A stretch of DNA of 64,000 nucleotides from Callorhinchus milii. Lineage: Eukaryota. The notes under the pieces are model-generated. The model did not search any database, had not been told where the DNA came from, and saw only the letters and a list, made by a program, of their open reading frames with translations. Both the position numbers and the translations under genes were made by a program. Below, piece by piece: positions 38,215 through 50,791 of this stretch; within the stretch, counting starts at the first letter, position 1; every line of letters begins with the position of its first letter. Location: positions 84,818,001-84,882,000 of the forward strand of contig NW_024704743.1 of NCBI RefSeq assembly GCF_018977255.1. Direction: 5' to 3'.

Positions 38215-39100
38215 CCGTGCCTCTTTGCCATCACCATTGACTCCAGGCCCACTGCTGTCCTGACAGAATGTCTGTCAGACATTAAGCCCTGGATGAGAGC
38301 TGATTTTATTCAGTTGCACGTCAACAAGACCGAGGCTCTCCTGATTGACTCCCGTCTGCACCTTCTCACCTCAGGCCCTGACAGCATCAACTTCCATGGT
38401 TGCACACTCCATCTCACTGAGCCAGTCCGGAACCTTGGGGTCTTGTTTAACCTTCAACTATCCTTTCTACCCCACATCTGCGCCATGACACACTCTGCCT
38501 TCCCCCACCTCCGAAATATCGCCCGGCTCTGCCACCATCTCAAACCGCAGGCCCCCGAAACCCTCATGCATGCTTTCATTACATCGAGGCTTGACTATGC
38601 AAATTCCTTGCTTGTCCTCTCTCGTACCAGGCTCCGTGACCCTATCACCCCCATCCTCGCCCAACTCCACTGGTTTCCCATCACACAGAGGATACAGTTC
38701 AAGATCCTGGTCCTCACCCTCAAAGCGCTTGATGGTCTTGCTTCCCCTACCTCTGCGACTCCTAAATCCCTACCATCCTGCCCGCTCCCTCCGCTCAGTG
38801 GGCTCCGGTCTACTTCACATCCCCTGCCTCACTTGCCACACTATTGGTGGCTGGGCCTTATGCCACACTGCCCCTACCCTCTGGAACTCCATTCCACAGT
38901 TCCTCCGCCTCGCCCCTTGCCTCCTTCAAGACCCATATCAAGACCCTCCTCTTTGACAGTGCTTTCGCTCACCCTACTTTCCCCCTTGCCCTCCACCCTC
39001 CCTGATCCCAACGCCCAGCTCAGGTCCAAAATTCTATCCAGAACCTTGGGATGTCCTCCCGACCTGAAAGGGGCTATTCAAATGTAATTTTGTTGTTGTT
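38215..39100 (+). mobile_element. L2 3' fragment
   Basis: CLSDIKPWM, NKTEALLI, VRNLGVLF, LHWFPITQRIQFKIL; tail. Confidence 0.93.
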
Positions 39101-39964
39101 TTCTTTGATTCTGTCCAGGAGTGGGCTGGAGAGCAGTGCTGCATCTGACTCCGCCTCTCCTTCAGTGCCAGTGGTAACTATTCTACATACTGTAGTTTAG
39201 ACACGCATTCATAATTCTGAAAGGTAATCAGTATCAGGAGATGCAGNAAAAAAATCAGGCCAGTCAGCAAATAACTCATCAGCACTAACTGGACAGTCTC
39301 CCTCAGGTGGGCACCATTCGGCATTAACTGTTTGAACAATAGAAAGTGCACAGACATGAGTTAACTGTGATCTTTTGCTGACTCACCCTCTGCTCCTAGA
39401 TGTGCATTGACAGGAGGCATGGTATACATTTCTCCTGTAAACCCAGATTCCACTTCTGGCAGTAGTTGTTCTGGCTTCAATATGTGATTCACCAAATGAC
39501 TCACGCTTGGAAGGTCAACTTTTCTCCTCACACTCCATCAGCTAATGAAAAAAGATCCTTTTGCCTACTACAGTCTGTGGCACTACTGTACTTTGGAGAT
39601 TGGCCCTTTTACAAGTTTTCCTTTTCTGAGGCTGTTTTAGGAATGCCCCACATGTCAGCCACCATCTATTGTAGATTACTCTCTTCTTATCATGCCAAGC
39701 ATGTCTTTGGTATTTCCAAGAATAGGTTATAATGTTTTGTGGAATTTAGAAGCTCAACACTTAAGGTTGTGCTCAATACAGTTTCATATTTGAGACTGAT
39801 TATTGAATCTAATTGAGCAGCAGGAGGAAGATCCAGCTAAAAAATAAGGGCCTAACTTTGTTCACGGTATTTCATTAAACCACAGATGTCAAGGATTTAT
39901 GATACTAAACTTGATTTAAGACATCTGAACAAGTTCTGAAGAATGAAAGTTCAATGTAGTAGAG

Positions 39965-40385
39965 TAACATAACATGTAGGAGCAGGAGTAGGCCATTCAG
40001 CCCTTCGAGCCTGTCCCGCCATTCAATCATGGCTGATCTTCTAATCTAACTCCAGCTAATAACCTGACGCTACCTTATCCCCATATCCCTTAATCCCTTT
40101 TGCAATAAGAAATATATCTATCTCAGTCTTGAATATGTTCAAGGACTGAGTGTCAACAGCCCTTTGGGGTAGTGAGTTCCATACATTCACCACCCTTTGA
40201 GTGAAGAAATTCTTCCTCAACTCAGTGCAAAAGGGCTGGCCTCTGATTTTAAGGTTGTGACCCCTGGTTTTAGTTTCTCCAACCAGGGGAAACAATCTCC
40301 CACTATCTATTCTGTCATGCCCGTTGATGATCTTATAGGTTTCTATAAGATCCCCTCTAATTCTTCTATATTCTAGAGAATATGG
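39965..40385 (-). mobile_element. CR1 LINE 3' end
   Basis: TRGHNLKI, RKNFFTQRVVNVWNSLP; 3' UTR ggccattcagcccttcgagcctg. Confidence 0.92.
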
Positions 40386-41485
40386 TAACTCTACTTCAGG
40401 CGATCCACCAAATACAGTCAGAGATGGCTGGCCACAATTAACCTCTTTCAGTCATATCTCAGGTACATATTTCAGTACTTTGTTTTGTATCCAGGATAAT
40501 TGCAAAATGTCCTATACAGCTCAGCTCAAGACTGTATGTTTAATGACTGGTCTTGTTCTTGATGGGCCACTCACACAGCTATGCAATAGATCCTCAGCAC
40601 ACTCCAGCTTTCTCATCAATAATAGAAGACTTTACTTGAGCTAAGGTAGGACATGATGCATGTAGACTCTTACATTTGGACCCAAACAAAGAGGTCTTGC
40701 CACAACATGTACTTCTGAGATTAGTGTGCTTGCTTCTGAGAAGTTCCCAGATTTCAGTGAACTGGGAAATCTGTCCTCTGTTTGATGGCAGTATTTGGTC
40801 CCGAAAACGAGAGTCTTCAAGAGATCAATTTACCTGAACTTACTGCAATGATTTCTTTGTTAGTGCAGCATTCATGGAAGTCTATCAATCTTGCATTGAG
40901 CACAATGGGTACAGTATCTAATGCAATAGTAGTTCATTGTGTTTCACTCATCCTTACCTTTTTTTGAGAAATTGGAGCAGGTTCATTGGAAGAGTTCCAT
41001 ATCCCAACAGTTGTATAAAATGGCAGGCCTGCTAAGGATTGTTTCTTTTTGCCTTTTAAAAGAGATTAGGTAGTAATAAATGATATTTTATGCTTTTCCT
41101 TAGCAAAGGAACAGCTGTTGTTCTTTATCATAAGTGTGTATGATTTTTACAGAACTGGTAGTAAGGTCTGAAGGATTTTGAAATAAAAATTGTCATCTGT
41201 GTTATGCAAAATATAATGATCTCTAGTTGAAAATTCAGCTCACAGTTCCTTTAACATGTTGGTCAGCAATGTGTCTATTCCTGTTGATTTTTTTGGGCGC
41301 TGTATATATTATAATTATGTAGTAAGCCTTCAGTGGTTAAAATCAAAGCTGAAGCTAAATAATGTAGTACTAGATTTGTTTCACTTTGAAACAGTTGTGT
41401 TCTTTTGCTCTAGATAATTTTGATGTTTGCACAACAGTTTGATGCAAGATTTGTTTTCCTTTTACCATTTTGTATTTCTTTGCAG

Positions 41486-41550
41486 GTGATGGAGGTAATG
41501 ATGTCAGCATGATCCAAGCAGCAGACTGTGGAATTGGAATTGTAGGAAAG
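41486..41550 (+). CDS. ATP9B: ATP9B exon, 65 nt ([22 protein letters not shown])
   Basis: tttctttgcag acceptor, AAG|gtaaca donor, GDGxND hinge motif. Confidence 0.96.
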
Positions 41551-41843
41551 GTAACAAACAGTAATCTTGCTATATTATCAAATGCATAACAGGTCCTTAA
41601 GGAATCTAATATTCCTGCATCATTGAAATGTTATTAAACACAGTGAAAACAAGAAAGTAGAACCCAGACAAAAAAATGAAAAGTGCTCATTATTTAAAAG
41701 TAGGACTGTGAGAAACTCAAAGAAGGCATTGGATATTTATAGAGGATAACCTAAGATAAATTCACAGTAAAATGTTTTTATATATTACACAAGATTTTTG
41801 ATGTTTTTATTGCTTGAAGCTGTTTTTTCTCCTTGCTAAGTGA

Positions 41844-42076
41844 TACACTAAAACCCCATTATAACGTGGGTTTGTTATCAGTAGGGGTGTGGACCCTGAC
41901 ATTCATCCTCTGAAAATCCAAAATTCATGTGAATGAATGAGACGTCAGCCCTTTTGACTTCCTGCCACTGCTGGCTTTTTGATGCTTCCAATGTAGCCCT
42001 GTCTTACTGCACCCCTGCGCAGTGAATGCTGAAACACTTAACAGCGATTGCACCACGTTACAGCATGGGGAATGTA
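41844..42076. mobile_element. degenerate Tigger/pogo-like MITE
   Basis: TA-cactaaaaccccattataacgtgg ... ccacgttacagcatggggaatg-TA inverted ends. Confidence 0.5.
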
Positions 42077-42145
42077 TGGAGCCTAGCCACTGTGTTCCAC
42101 TCTAGTTTTTCTTTAGTTAAGAATTGTATTTTTTTTAACCTTTAG

Positions 42146-42301
42146 GAAGGTAAGCAGGCCTCCTTGGCAGCAGATTTCTCCATTACCCAGTTTAAGCACA
42201 TCGGCAGGCTACTGATGGTGCACGGTCGAAACAGTTATAAGCGATCAGCGGCACTCGGCCAGTTTGTCATCCACAGAGGCCTTATCATCTCCACTATGCA
42301 G
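42146..42301 (+). CDS. ATP9B: ATP9B exon, 156 nt ([11 protein letters not shown]...IISTMQ)
   Basis: cctttag acceptor, CAG|gtaacg donor, [13 protein letters not shown] and HGRNSYKRS motifs. Confidence 0.96.
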
Positions 42302-42344
42302 GTAACGTGATGTCTGGTTTCTTCAAAACACCCACCATAGCTTC

Positions 42345-42592
42345 CAGCAGGATGAAACTTTGGGCAAGTTTCCTTACTCCACACACCTAATAATAATCCC
42401 TCCAAAACAAAACAATAATAAATTGGTCATTTTCAATCCACGACTTTTGTGGGACACTGCTGTGCGCAATTGGCTGCCACGTTTTGCCCACAAATATACG
42501 GTCAATTCACTTTGCAGCATATTCTGTGAAGTGCTTTGAGACGTCTAGAAGATGTGAAAAGCGCTATGTCAAATTGAAGGATTATTATTATT
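42345..42592 (+). mobile_element. 5'-truncated DeuSINE, short subfamily
   Basis: gggcaagtttccttactccacac through tail; begins about 45 nt after the exon donor. Confidence 0.9.
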
Positions 42593-42829
42593 GCTGCTGT
42601 GGGGGTGGGTGGGGGAGCGAGAGGCAGGGCGGACGAGGAAGAAGAGTGTAAAATTGCTAATAAATGTTTTATTTGATTACCAAAAACTGCAAGAAGCGTT
42701 TTGTTTGTTGCCAAAAATTTCAGGTTTTCCAGGTTAAAAAAAGTTTTTTTTAAATTTTTTTTATAGTCTTATGATGAAACTTCTAAGTGCTTCACAAATA
42801 ATTACCATCATAATCAAAATCATCATCCT

Positions 42830-43092
42830 ACCCCTGTGACCTGCTAACCCTTTATCAACCTCTCCATCAGCAGGCTCCAGCCTGCTACACGTCCCCTGCC
42901 CAGCCCACCCAACCATCGGCGGGTTGGACCTTCAGCCTCTCCCCACCACCCTTTGGAACTCCATACCCTCCCTGCTCTCCACCCTCCCTTACCCCCACAC
43001 CCAACACCCCACAGCTCAGGTCCCGACTGTCCAGCACGTTGGGATGTCCTCCAGGCATGAAAGGTGCTATACAAGTGTAATTTTGTATTGTA
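42830..43092 (+). mobile_element. degraded L2 3' end
   Basis: LWNSIP remnant and gggatgtcctcc...gaaaggtgct tail. Confidence 0.75.
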
Positions 43093-43094
43093 CT

Positions 43095-43432
43095 AGGACT
43101 TTGAGCTCATAATCCTGGTTGACACTGGTGAGAAAGTGCTGGATTGTCAGAGATGCTGTTCTTTGGAAGACACATTAAGCAGAAATCCTATCTGCCTGTC
43201 CGGGTGGAGATTAAAAATTCCTTGGAACTATTCAAAAAGAGAAGTGTCCTGGCCCACAATCCTCCAAATAAAATTGGTCATTCACTTCATAACTGTTTGT
43301 GGGACTTTACAGTCCATAAATTGACTGCTGCATTCACCTATAAATGCAGTTACTACATTCACAGTAAAATACTGGAAGTGCAATGAGGCATTTCGACAGT
43401 GTGACAAGGTACTGTATTATCAAATATGAGGA
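43095..43432 (+). mobile_element. old DeuSINE
   Basis: Degenerate Deu-domain and ctgtttgtgggac core. Confidence 0.65.
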
Positions 43433-43736
43433 TTATAGAAAACTCGGTAGAGTGAAGAATCAGAGGGATGTGGGAGCACAAATGCATGTGAGATGGTCAC
43501 AAAAAGCTTTCATGAAGTCAAATGAGGGCCTGCGAATTTATGAATCGGGCAATGAATATAAAAATAGGAAAGCCGTGTTGCAATTACTGTATCTAGGATG
43601 TCAGTTAGGCTTTTAGTTTAAGGCACCCCATTGCAAGAAGGATGTCAGAGTTAGTGAGAGCAGTCCAGATTCAGTGGGATTGTGGGGTGTTCACTTAATC
43701 ATTTAATGGTATTTTTCCTTTGCTTTTTTTCCTCAG

Positions 43737-43801
43737 GCTGTATTTTCATCCGTGTTCTACTTTGCATCTGTTCCATTGTATCAGGGTTTCCTCATGGTAG
43801 G
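43737..43801 (+). CDS. ATP9B: ATP9B exon, 65 nt ([22 protein letters not shown])
   Basis: long pyrimidine tract ending cctcag, AGG|gtaagt donor. Confidence 0.95.
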
Positions 43802-43949
43802 GTAAGTGAGATTATAAAACACTTAAGTGCATTTGCAAAATTTGTTTGGCTAGTCATGCCAACATATAAAGTTTAATTTTCATCTTGGGCACTATAAAAA
43901 TAGAGTTCCATTAAGAAGTTGATGACTTCTTCCTTTCTTTTTCCACTAG

Positions 43950-44058
43950 GTATGCTACCATCTACACTATGTTTCCTGTTTTTTCTCTGGTATTAGACCA
44001 AGATGTAAAGCCAGAAACAGCAATATTATATCCAGAGCTTTACAAAGACCTCACAAAG
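43950..44058 (+). CDS. ATP9B: ATP9B exon, 109 nt ([19 protein letters not shown]...YKDLTK)
   Basis: ttccactag acceptor after a 148-nt intron, AAG|gtgagt donor, YPELYKDL motif. Confidence 0.96.
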
Positions 44059-44241
44059 GTGAGTTACATACTGGCAGCTTCACACAATAGCGTACAATCA
44101 TGTGCTGCACATTGTCAATCTTTAAAGGTTAAGTGCTGTAAGAGTTTCAAACTTGCAAAAGACTTGCTCTGATTTTTGGATTTGGAGGGGCAGAAAAATA
44201 ACTACGAGCAGGGTTTCTCCCCACTCAGCTCCCATTAAGCT

Positions 44242-44550
44242 GAGTCCTGTAGCTCAGTGGTTAGAGCACTCGCTTTGCAAGTGAGAGACCTGAGTTCAAT
44301 TCCAGGCAGGGCGAAACCTTGGGCAAGTTTCCTTACTCCACACGCCTAATAATAAAACCAAAACCAAAACCAATAATAAATTGGTCATTTTCAATCTACG
44401 ATTGTTTGTGGGACATTGCTGTGCGCAATTGGCTGCCGCGTTCGCCACAAATATTCAGTCAATTCACTTTACAGTGTGTTCTGTGAAGCGCTTTGGGACG
44501 TCCTCCCGACGTGAAAAGCGCTATATCAAATGCAAAGATTATTATTATTA
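44242..44550 (+). mobile_element. young DeuSINE, short subfamily, full length
   Basis: Intact A box tagctcagtggttagagc and B box gagttcaattcc, tail. Confidence 0.93.
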
Positions 44551-44551
44551 A

Positions 44552-44670
44552 CCCCGCAAGCCAAAGCCCTAATGGGTCAGGTGGTTCTAGGCAGACAAAC
44601 AGTGGGAAAGCTTGCCAGAAGCATACCCCAAACATACACTCCAGGATTCCCCAAGCCTTGGCTCCTGCCA
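44552..44670. repeat. unclassified interspersed repeat, partial copy
   Basis: gcaagccaaagccctaatg...ccaagccttggctc matches 22993-23133. Confidence 0.7.
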
Positions 44671-45374
44671 ACCTGCACCCAATGCTCTCTGGAATTAGTT
44701 ACGTGGGGTGTGTCCCTCTGAGGGAAGAGTGTTTATTCTGAAATTGTTATTTTGTAACTCAAGAATTGTAATTTGTGGCCAGACCATTTCGTCATTCTAT
44801 AAGCGTAATCTTTGCCAGATATTTGTATCCTGTGATGTTAATTCCATGGATACTAAAGGATGCTCTTAAATAGCAAAATGTAAAATTATTTTATCAATAA
44901 ATGTTGTGGCGCTGAATGTTTTGGTAATTTTACTGAATGTTTCGTATTTAAATTTACAAAAAGTCAGTTTGTACATATTGGATGAGATTATTTTGAAAGC
45001 CTACTAATATGAATTCTCATTTCCTCCAGTTAAAACGGTTGTGATGGTCCATTTTAGCAGTACATCTGTTCATTACCAACCCACCTCTTAATACAAGTTT
45101 GATATTGAGCACTGTTCACTTCTGAGCTATCCTCTGGGACACCCTCCCTTAACCAGTATTCCTTGCACCCTCTCTATTTGTCTTCCCAATCTCTATGCAG
45201 GAACACACTTTATGATGCAAAAAAGAGCACAAGAAAATCTTGAATGAGGATTTCTTTTCTATTTCACCACTGAATTAAGGAGCGATTTATACAAAAATAA
45301 GCAACGTAGAGATTAAATAATATACCGCTGTTATAAAGACAAAATAGTTAATTTGGGATTTTCTTTTTTTTCAG

Positions 45375-45432
45375 GGGCGTTCATTATCCTTCAAGACATT
45401 TCTTATTTGGGTTCTAATAAGTGTATATCAAG
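45375..45432 (+). CDS. ATP9B: ATP9B exon, 58 nt (GRSLSFKTFLIWVLISVYQ-G)
   Basis: T-rich tract ending tcag, AAG|gtacga donor. Confidence 0.95.
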
Positions 45433-45954
45433 GTACGACAAGAATTTTGCTTCCTGTTAAGAATTTCACAGTATTATGTTTCTCAGTTGAACAAATGAAA
45501 TTGAAATCTGAATTAATTTATACACAGTAGTTTGGTTCTATTTACAGTTTTCCAAATTTGAACCAAATAAAATTTTAATTGGCTTATAATTAGAGTGAGT
45601 CCTTCCTGAATATCACCAAATGTTGTTCATCCCAAAGCATCTTTGCATTCTAACATTAACAAAACAAATGTTGCCCTTCATAAATTTTTTAAAAAGATGT
45701 TTATCATATAGAAAAATTCTATGAATTTTCAGAAAATATCCCCATTAGTAGTACCAAAATATGCCAGTCAAAACAACAGTGGCAATGAAAATTGAGAATT
45801 TGTATTTCAAATAATTATAATCTAGATTTTATATTCAGGCTCAACAAAGCATTTTCAATAGCGCTTTAAGCGCATGGAGCACTTTGAGATGTCTCAAAGA
45901 CGTACGAAGACGCTATATCAAATGCACAGATTATTATTATTACAATAGTGGAAA

Positions 45955-46470
45955 TTGAATGAGAAGCGGAATAAGACTGCAGTTGGTCTATTGTCCAGTT
46001 TTGGTCCCCCACACTTTAGGAAGAAAGTCAAAGAAATAGAGACGGTACAGAGGAGATTTATTTTGATATTAGGAGTGAGTGGATTGACCTGTAACCAGAG
46101 AAGAGAGGAACTGGGACTATTTTCATCAGGACCAAGAAAGTTAGAGACCTGATAGAATTCTTTAACATTGAGAGATTCTGATGGGGTGAAATTATTTCAC
46201 TGTTTGGTGAGTTGGTGACCAGAAGACATAAATTCAAGAATGATTTGCAAGGGAGCAAAGAGGGAGATTAGGAGAATTTATTTTACATGTTAGAATGTAT
46301 GAACAGTGGTGAAGGTGGGATCCATATGAGCTTTCAAGAAGGAACTAAATAGATATCTACAGAGGAATAATCTGTAGGGTTATGGGAAAAGGCAGGTCAA
46401 ATGGGACTGAATGGATTACTCTTTAAAAGAGCTGGCATAGACATAATGGGCTGAATGGCCTTCTACAAGA
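45955..46470 (+). mobile_element. degraded CR1 3' fragment
   Basis: ETVQRRF, LGLFS remnants; 3' UTR atgggctgaatggcct. Confidence 0.8.
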
Positions 46471-47538
46471 CAAAATCTAAACATCTGTGATTCTGTGGTA
46501 ATATTCATCTACTATAAACAATTCATGTTAAATATGTTGCTCATGTAGCTGCGTTGGATCAAGGTGCTTTGGAATTGCCTTGGAATCAAGGAATTAGGAG
46601 CCCTGTCTGGCATTTAATGGATTTCACACGAGAAAACTCAGGAAAAAATAAAACCTACTGCTGCACATGCTGAAGTGGAACAAAGAATATAAAATGTAAC
46701 CCTCTATATAATTTATCACTTAGAAATTGATGATTCTAAATGCTCCTATTTAAACATCATCAGGCTGGATGATTCTAATTCAGTAACAACAAATCATCTC
46801 AATAAAATCTTAACATTTCAGTATTGAAGCTACTTAAACAATGGGAACTGCTTAGTTAGTGATAAAAAATCATAATATAAATTTAAGACATTGGAAAGTA
46901 TGAATAATTTTTAAATCTTGATCAGTATGCAACTATTATCCATTTTATGTTCTCATCTTTATTTAGCGTTCTCTTTTTCTATTAACTTTTCATTGTACCT
47001 ATTTGCCACCCATTCAACCTAATTTCTCCTTATTGTAAAATTTTTTTCTAAATGTTCTACCTTTTTCTAGCTTCTCTATCTTTCACTTGTCTTCCCTTTT
47101 TTTGTCTCCTCGGCTCATTTTGGAAGAAACTTATTTAATTACTTTTCTTTGACTCAAAATGAGCCCAGTCAACATAAGCACATCATAGAAATGATCTTGT
47201 ACAATTGACCCAGAATCACCAAATGGAAAAAAAAGTGTTCTCTGTTAGAGCGGGAAACCATTCATCCACAATTAAAACCGATTAATTCATAAAGATCTAT
47301 TTTTTTGCTGCCTATTTTTAGTTTCTCATTCCCTTAAGATCTCTCCACCGTTCTGCAGAGATCTTAAGGGAATGACTAGACATGACTAGAAAATTTTGAT
47401 GATGTTGTTCTGTAATTGCCCGTTTATTTCATACCATTTTGATAACCATTTCGGTGTAAATTTAGCGCAATTGTAGCATACAACTGGACCTTGCCCCACT
47501 TCAGCTATACTACCTCTACCAACTCTTCCAAGCAGGAG

Positions 47539-47598
47539 GTCTATGTGTGGGGTATTCGTATTCTGACCGTCTATGTGTGGGGTATTCATATTCTTACC
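47539..47598. repeat. 30-nt tandem duplication
   Basis: gtctatgtgtggggtattc(g/a)tattct(g/t)acc twice. Confidence 0.9.
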
Positions 47599-47929
47599 CT
47601 AATGTGATGTATCTGGGCTGTTTCTCTCACAACCTTACGGTATCGCAGAACCACCAAACAGTGGTAGAAGATGGAGGAAACCTATTCATAAACTCACCTT
47701 TTACCAGTGTGGAGCATCAGTAAACCAACACTCTAAATAGCACACAGTCAGTGAGTAGTTAGTTTTCAGATTATGAATCCTAAACCTAAAATTATCTTGA
47801 TTCAGAATGTATATTAATGCATTAAATCTTATATAGTATGTATTTTTGTGCAGTTAGTTTGAGATTTTTTTACATCTTGGCGTTCAGATTATTGTCTTTG
47901 ATATTGTCCATACTGGCTTGGTCTGAAAG

Positions 47930-49860
47930 ATACATAGAAATGGGAGTAAACCATTCAGCCTGACAAGACTGCTCTACCATTTTCTCAATACTTGGAAAGC
48001 AAATATTATTCCTAATATTCTGCATTCCAATACTTTCACTAGCCAAATAGTTAACTACTTCTCTCTTAAACATTTTCATTGAATAGCAGCATTAACAGTC
48101 CTTTGAGGAAGGGAAATCGCTGAGTAAAGAGATGCCTTCTGATTTTCACTAGTTATAGATCTAGCTCTAACTTTTAGAATATGCCATCCTGATCTGGATT
48201 CTACAACCATACACCAGAGTCCATTCTGTCATCCCCTTTACCATCTTAACACGTCACCCCTTCAACTTCCTCTGCTCAATGCAGTCCAGCCCTAGTTTGT
48301 CCATTCTTCCTCATAATGGCCTCTTCAATCCAAATAGCATTCTGGTAAATCTATGCTGCATCATAAGGTACCCCAAACTGCACATAATACTCCAAACAAG
48401 GTAGAACTAGTAATGTTACAACTCTAAAAGTTGGAGCTACAACTGTAACATTACTCCCTCATTTTATGCCCCCTTGTTTTATATTTCAACTCTCTTATGG
48501 TAATTTTGACTAGTTTTGGTTCCTTGAACACTGAGATCCTCTTGCCTTATCCATCCCACCTCATGCTACCCATTCAGAAAGTATTTTTCATTGTTAAAAC
48601 ACTACTTCATATTTTGTCACATTAAACTTGATTTGCCATAGCTCAACCCACTTACATAATCTGTATATCCTGTTGCAATTTTTTTTGCTTCCTTCATTAT
48701 TAACTTTTGCCTCAGCATAGTGTCACCAATGAACTTGGATATACAGCCCTCTATTCGTTAATCCAGGTCATTTGTATATATTGTTAATATCTGTGGATCT
48801 AACATTGATACCTGAGGAAGCCCGCCAGCCCAACTTGTCAATATTAATGTTTATACTCCAAATGAGTCTCCACCCCTCCCAATCCCCTCTCCCAGACTCC
48901 ACTAACCTTTTCTCTCATCAAGTTTCTTTGAATGCACAGGCATACGTAATTCCTAAATTCAGAGAACTTTGAAAAGGTATTATGACCATCTGCAACTTCG
49001 TCACTCTTCTGCAGATTTATCTTCCTTGAGTGCCAGTGGTTTTTCATTTTATTTTAATCCCATTGAGTTTCTCTCGTTCATTTTTATTGTGATGTACCTT
49101 TGCTGGTTTCACACCATCATTCTCCACTGTGAAGGCAGACTCGAAGTATTCACCTGGGTTCAATTCCAGGCAGGCGAAACCTTGGGCAAGTTTCCTTACT
49201 CCACACGCCTAATAATAATCCCTCCAAAAAAAACAATAATAAATTGGTCATTTTCAATCCACGACTGTTTGTTGGACATTGCTGTGCGCAATTGGCTGCC
49301 GCGTTTCACCCACAAATTCACTTCACAGTCTATTCTGTGAAGCGCTTTGAGACGTCGAGAAGATGTGAAAAGCGCTATATCAAATGCAAGGATTATTATT
49401 TAGTTGATCCGCTATTTCCCTTTGCTCCACTCCAATTTTGCCCAGATCGGTTTCTAGTGGACCAACCTCTGCCTTGACCACTCTTATTCTTAATATATTT
49501 ATAAAATACTTTATTGTTGCCCTTGATATGATGTGCAATGTTGTTTTCATAATCCCTCTTTGCTCATTTTCTTTCAACCATTTTGCTGTTTCCTATAATT
49601 CTCCCAGTCTATTTATTGTCTTGCCACTTTCTCTTGCCCTTCTGTACTCATTTTCTTTTTGCTTAATACTAGCTTTCACCATATTTGTAAACCATGGCTG
49701 TATTATCCCACACCACCACTTCTGCCTTTCATTGGTATGTACTTCTTTTGTAATGCCTCCATTTCTTCTTTGACTAGTTCCCACTCTTTGTCAGTTAATT
49801 TGCTATCTAGCTTTCCCTTCCAGTTTACACTCCTCAATTCATTTGTCAGCCCTTGAAAGT
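47930..49860 (-). mobile_element. old fragmented CR1 LINE, interrupted by a SINE
   Basis: 3' end catagaaatgggagtaaaccattcagcctg; KAEVGPLET...EIADQLN remnant. Confidence 0.7.
49152..49400 (+). mobile_element. 5'-truncated DeuSINE, short subfamily
   Basis: B box through tail; GAGAA loop variant. Confidence 0.9.
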
Positions 49861-49895
49861 GTTGAAGTGTAACTCCTGTGTTTGATTTGTTTTAG

Positions 49896-50099
49896 GTGGT
49901 ATTTTAATGTACGGAGGATTATTGCTCTTTGAATCCGAGTTTGTACATGTTGTTGCTATTTCCTTCACTGCCCTGATCTTTACTGAACTGCTGATGGTTG
50001 CACTTACTGTCCGAACCTGGCACTGGCTTATGGTTGTGGCAGAATTCCTCAGCCTTGGCTGCTATGTGGCCTCCCTTGCTTTTCTCAATGAGTACTTTG
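49896..50099 (+). CDS. ATP9B: ATP9B exon, 204 nt ([16 protein letters not shown]...LNEYF)
   Basis: ttgttttag acceptor, TTG|gtaagt donor, hydrophobic TM segments. Confidence 0.96.
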
Positions 50100-50791
50100 G
50101 TAAGTCGCTTCAAAAATTACTAGAACATTGTTAGGTCTGAGATCTCTGTTTTATATATATGACAAATAAATCTTACTTAATTCAGGTAAAATCAGGGGAT
50201 GCTGCAGTAAAAATGTTTTTATCAGCATAAAATAGGAACTATATGCTAAATTGAGTTTATTTTACAAACGTTCAGAAGTGAAGGACCAAGAACGCTGCTT
50301 AAATGCTAATGTTGATGTTTAATATTTCAGTACAAGTCTGCAGAAAATTAATAATAATACAATAATTTATATTTAAATCGTGCCAGAGGTAGGAACGAGC
50401 AAGGTCGTGGAGGGCCTTGAAGGTGAGGACAAAGATTTAGAATTTATCTGCTGCGGGATGGAGAGCCAGTGGAGCTGGGCGAGAGTGGGAGTGATAAGGT
50501 CACCTTATGCGTGAAAAATGGTCTCTGATATCACTCTTAATTGGTGTAATTTTAAGATTATTCTAATAATCCTTGCATTTGATATAGCGCTTTATCACGT
50601 GTTGTGCTATCTGAAAGCACATCACAGTATGTGCTGTAAAACCTCTTGTTCTGGATTTGCCTACCAAAGGAACCAGTTTCCCTTCATCTACATTTTGAAA
50701 TCCTTTTAGCATTTAAACATTTCTATCAGCTAACCAGTGAACCCTGTTAGCTGAGGGAATAAAATCAAAATTTGCCCAACTTCTCATAATT

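Noticed and set aside
38155..39087. 310-aa ORF
   Set aside because: Frameshifted L2 ORF2 C-terminal fragment, not a host gene.
47539..47598. CRISPR-like 30-nt repeat
   Set aside because: Two adjacent units with no spacer and no cas genes, in a vertebrate intron.
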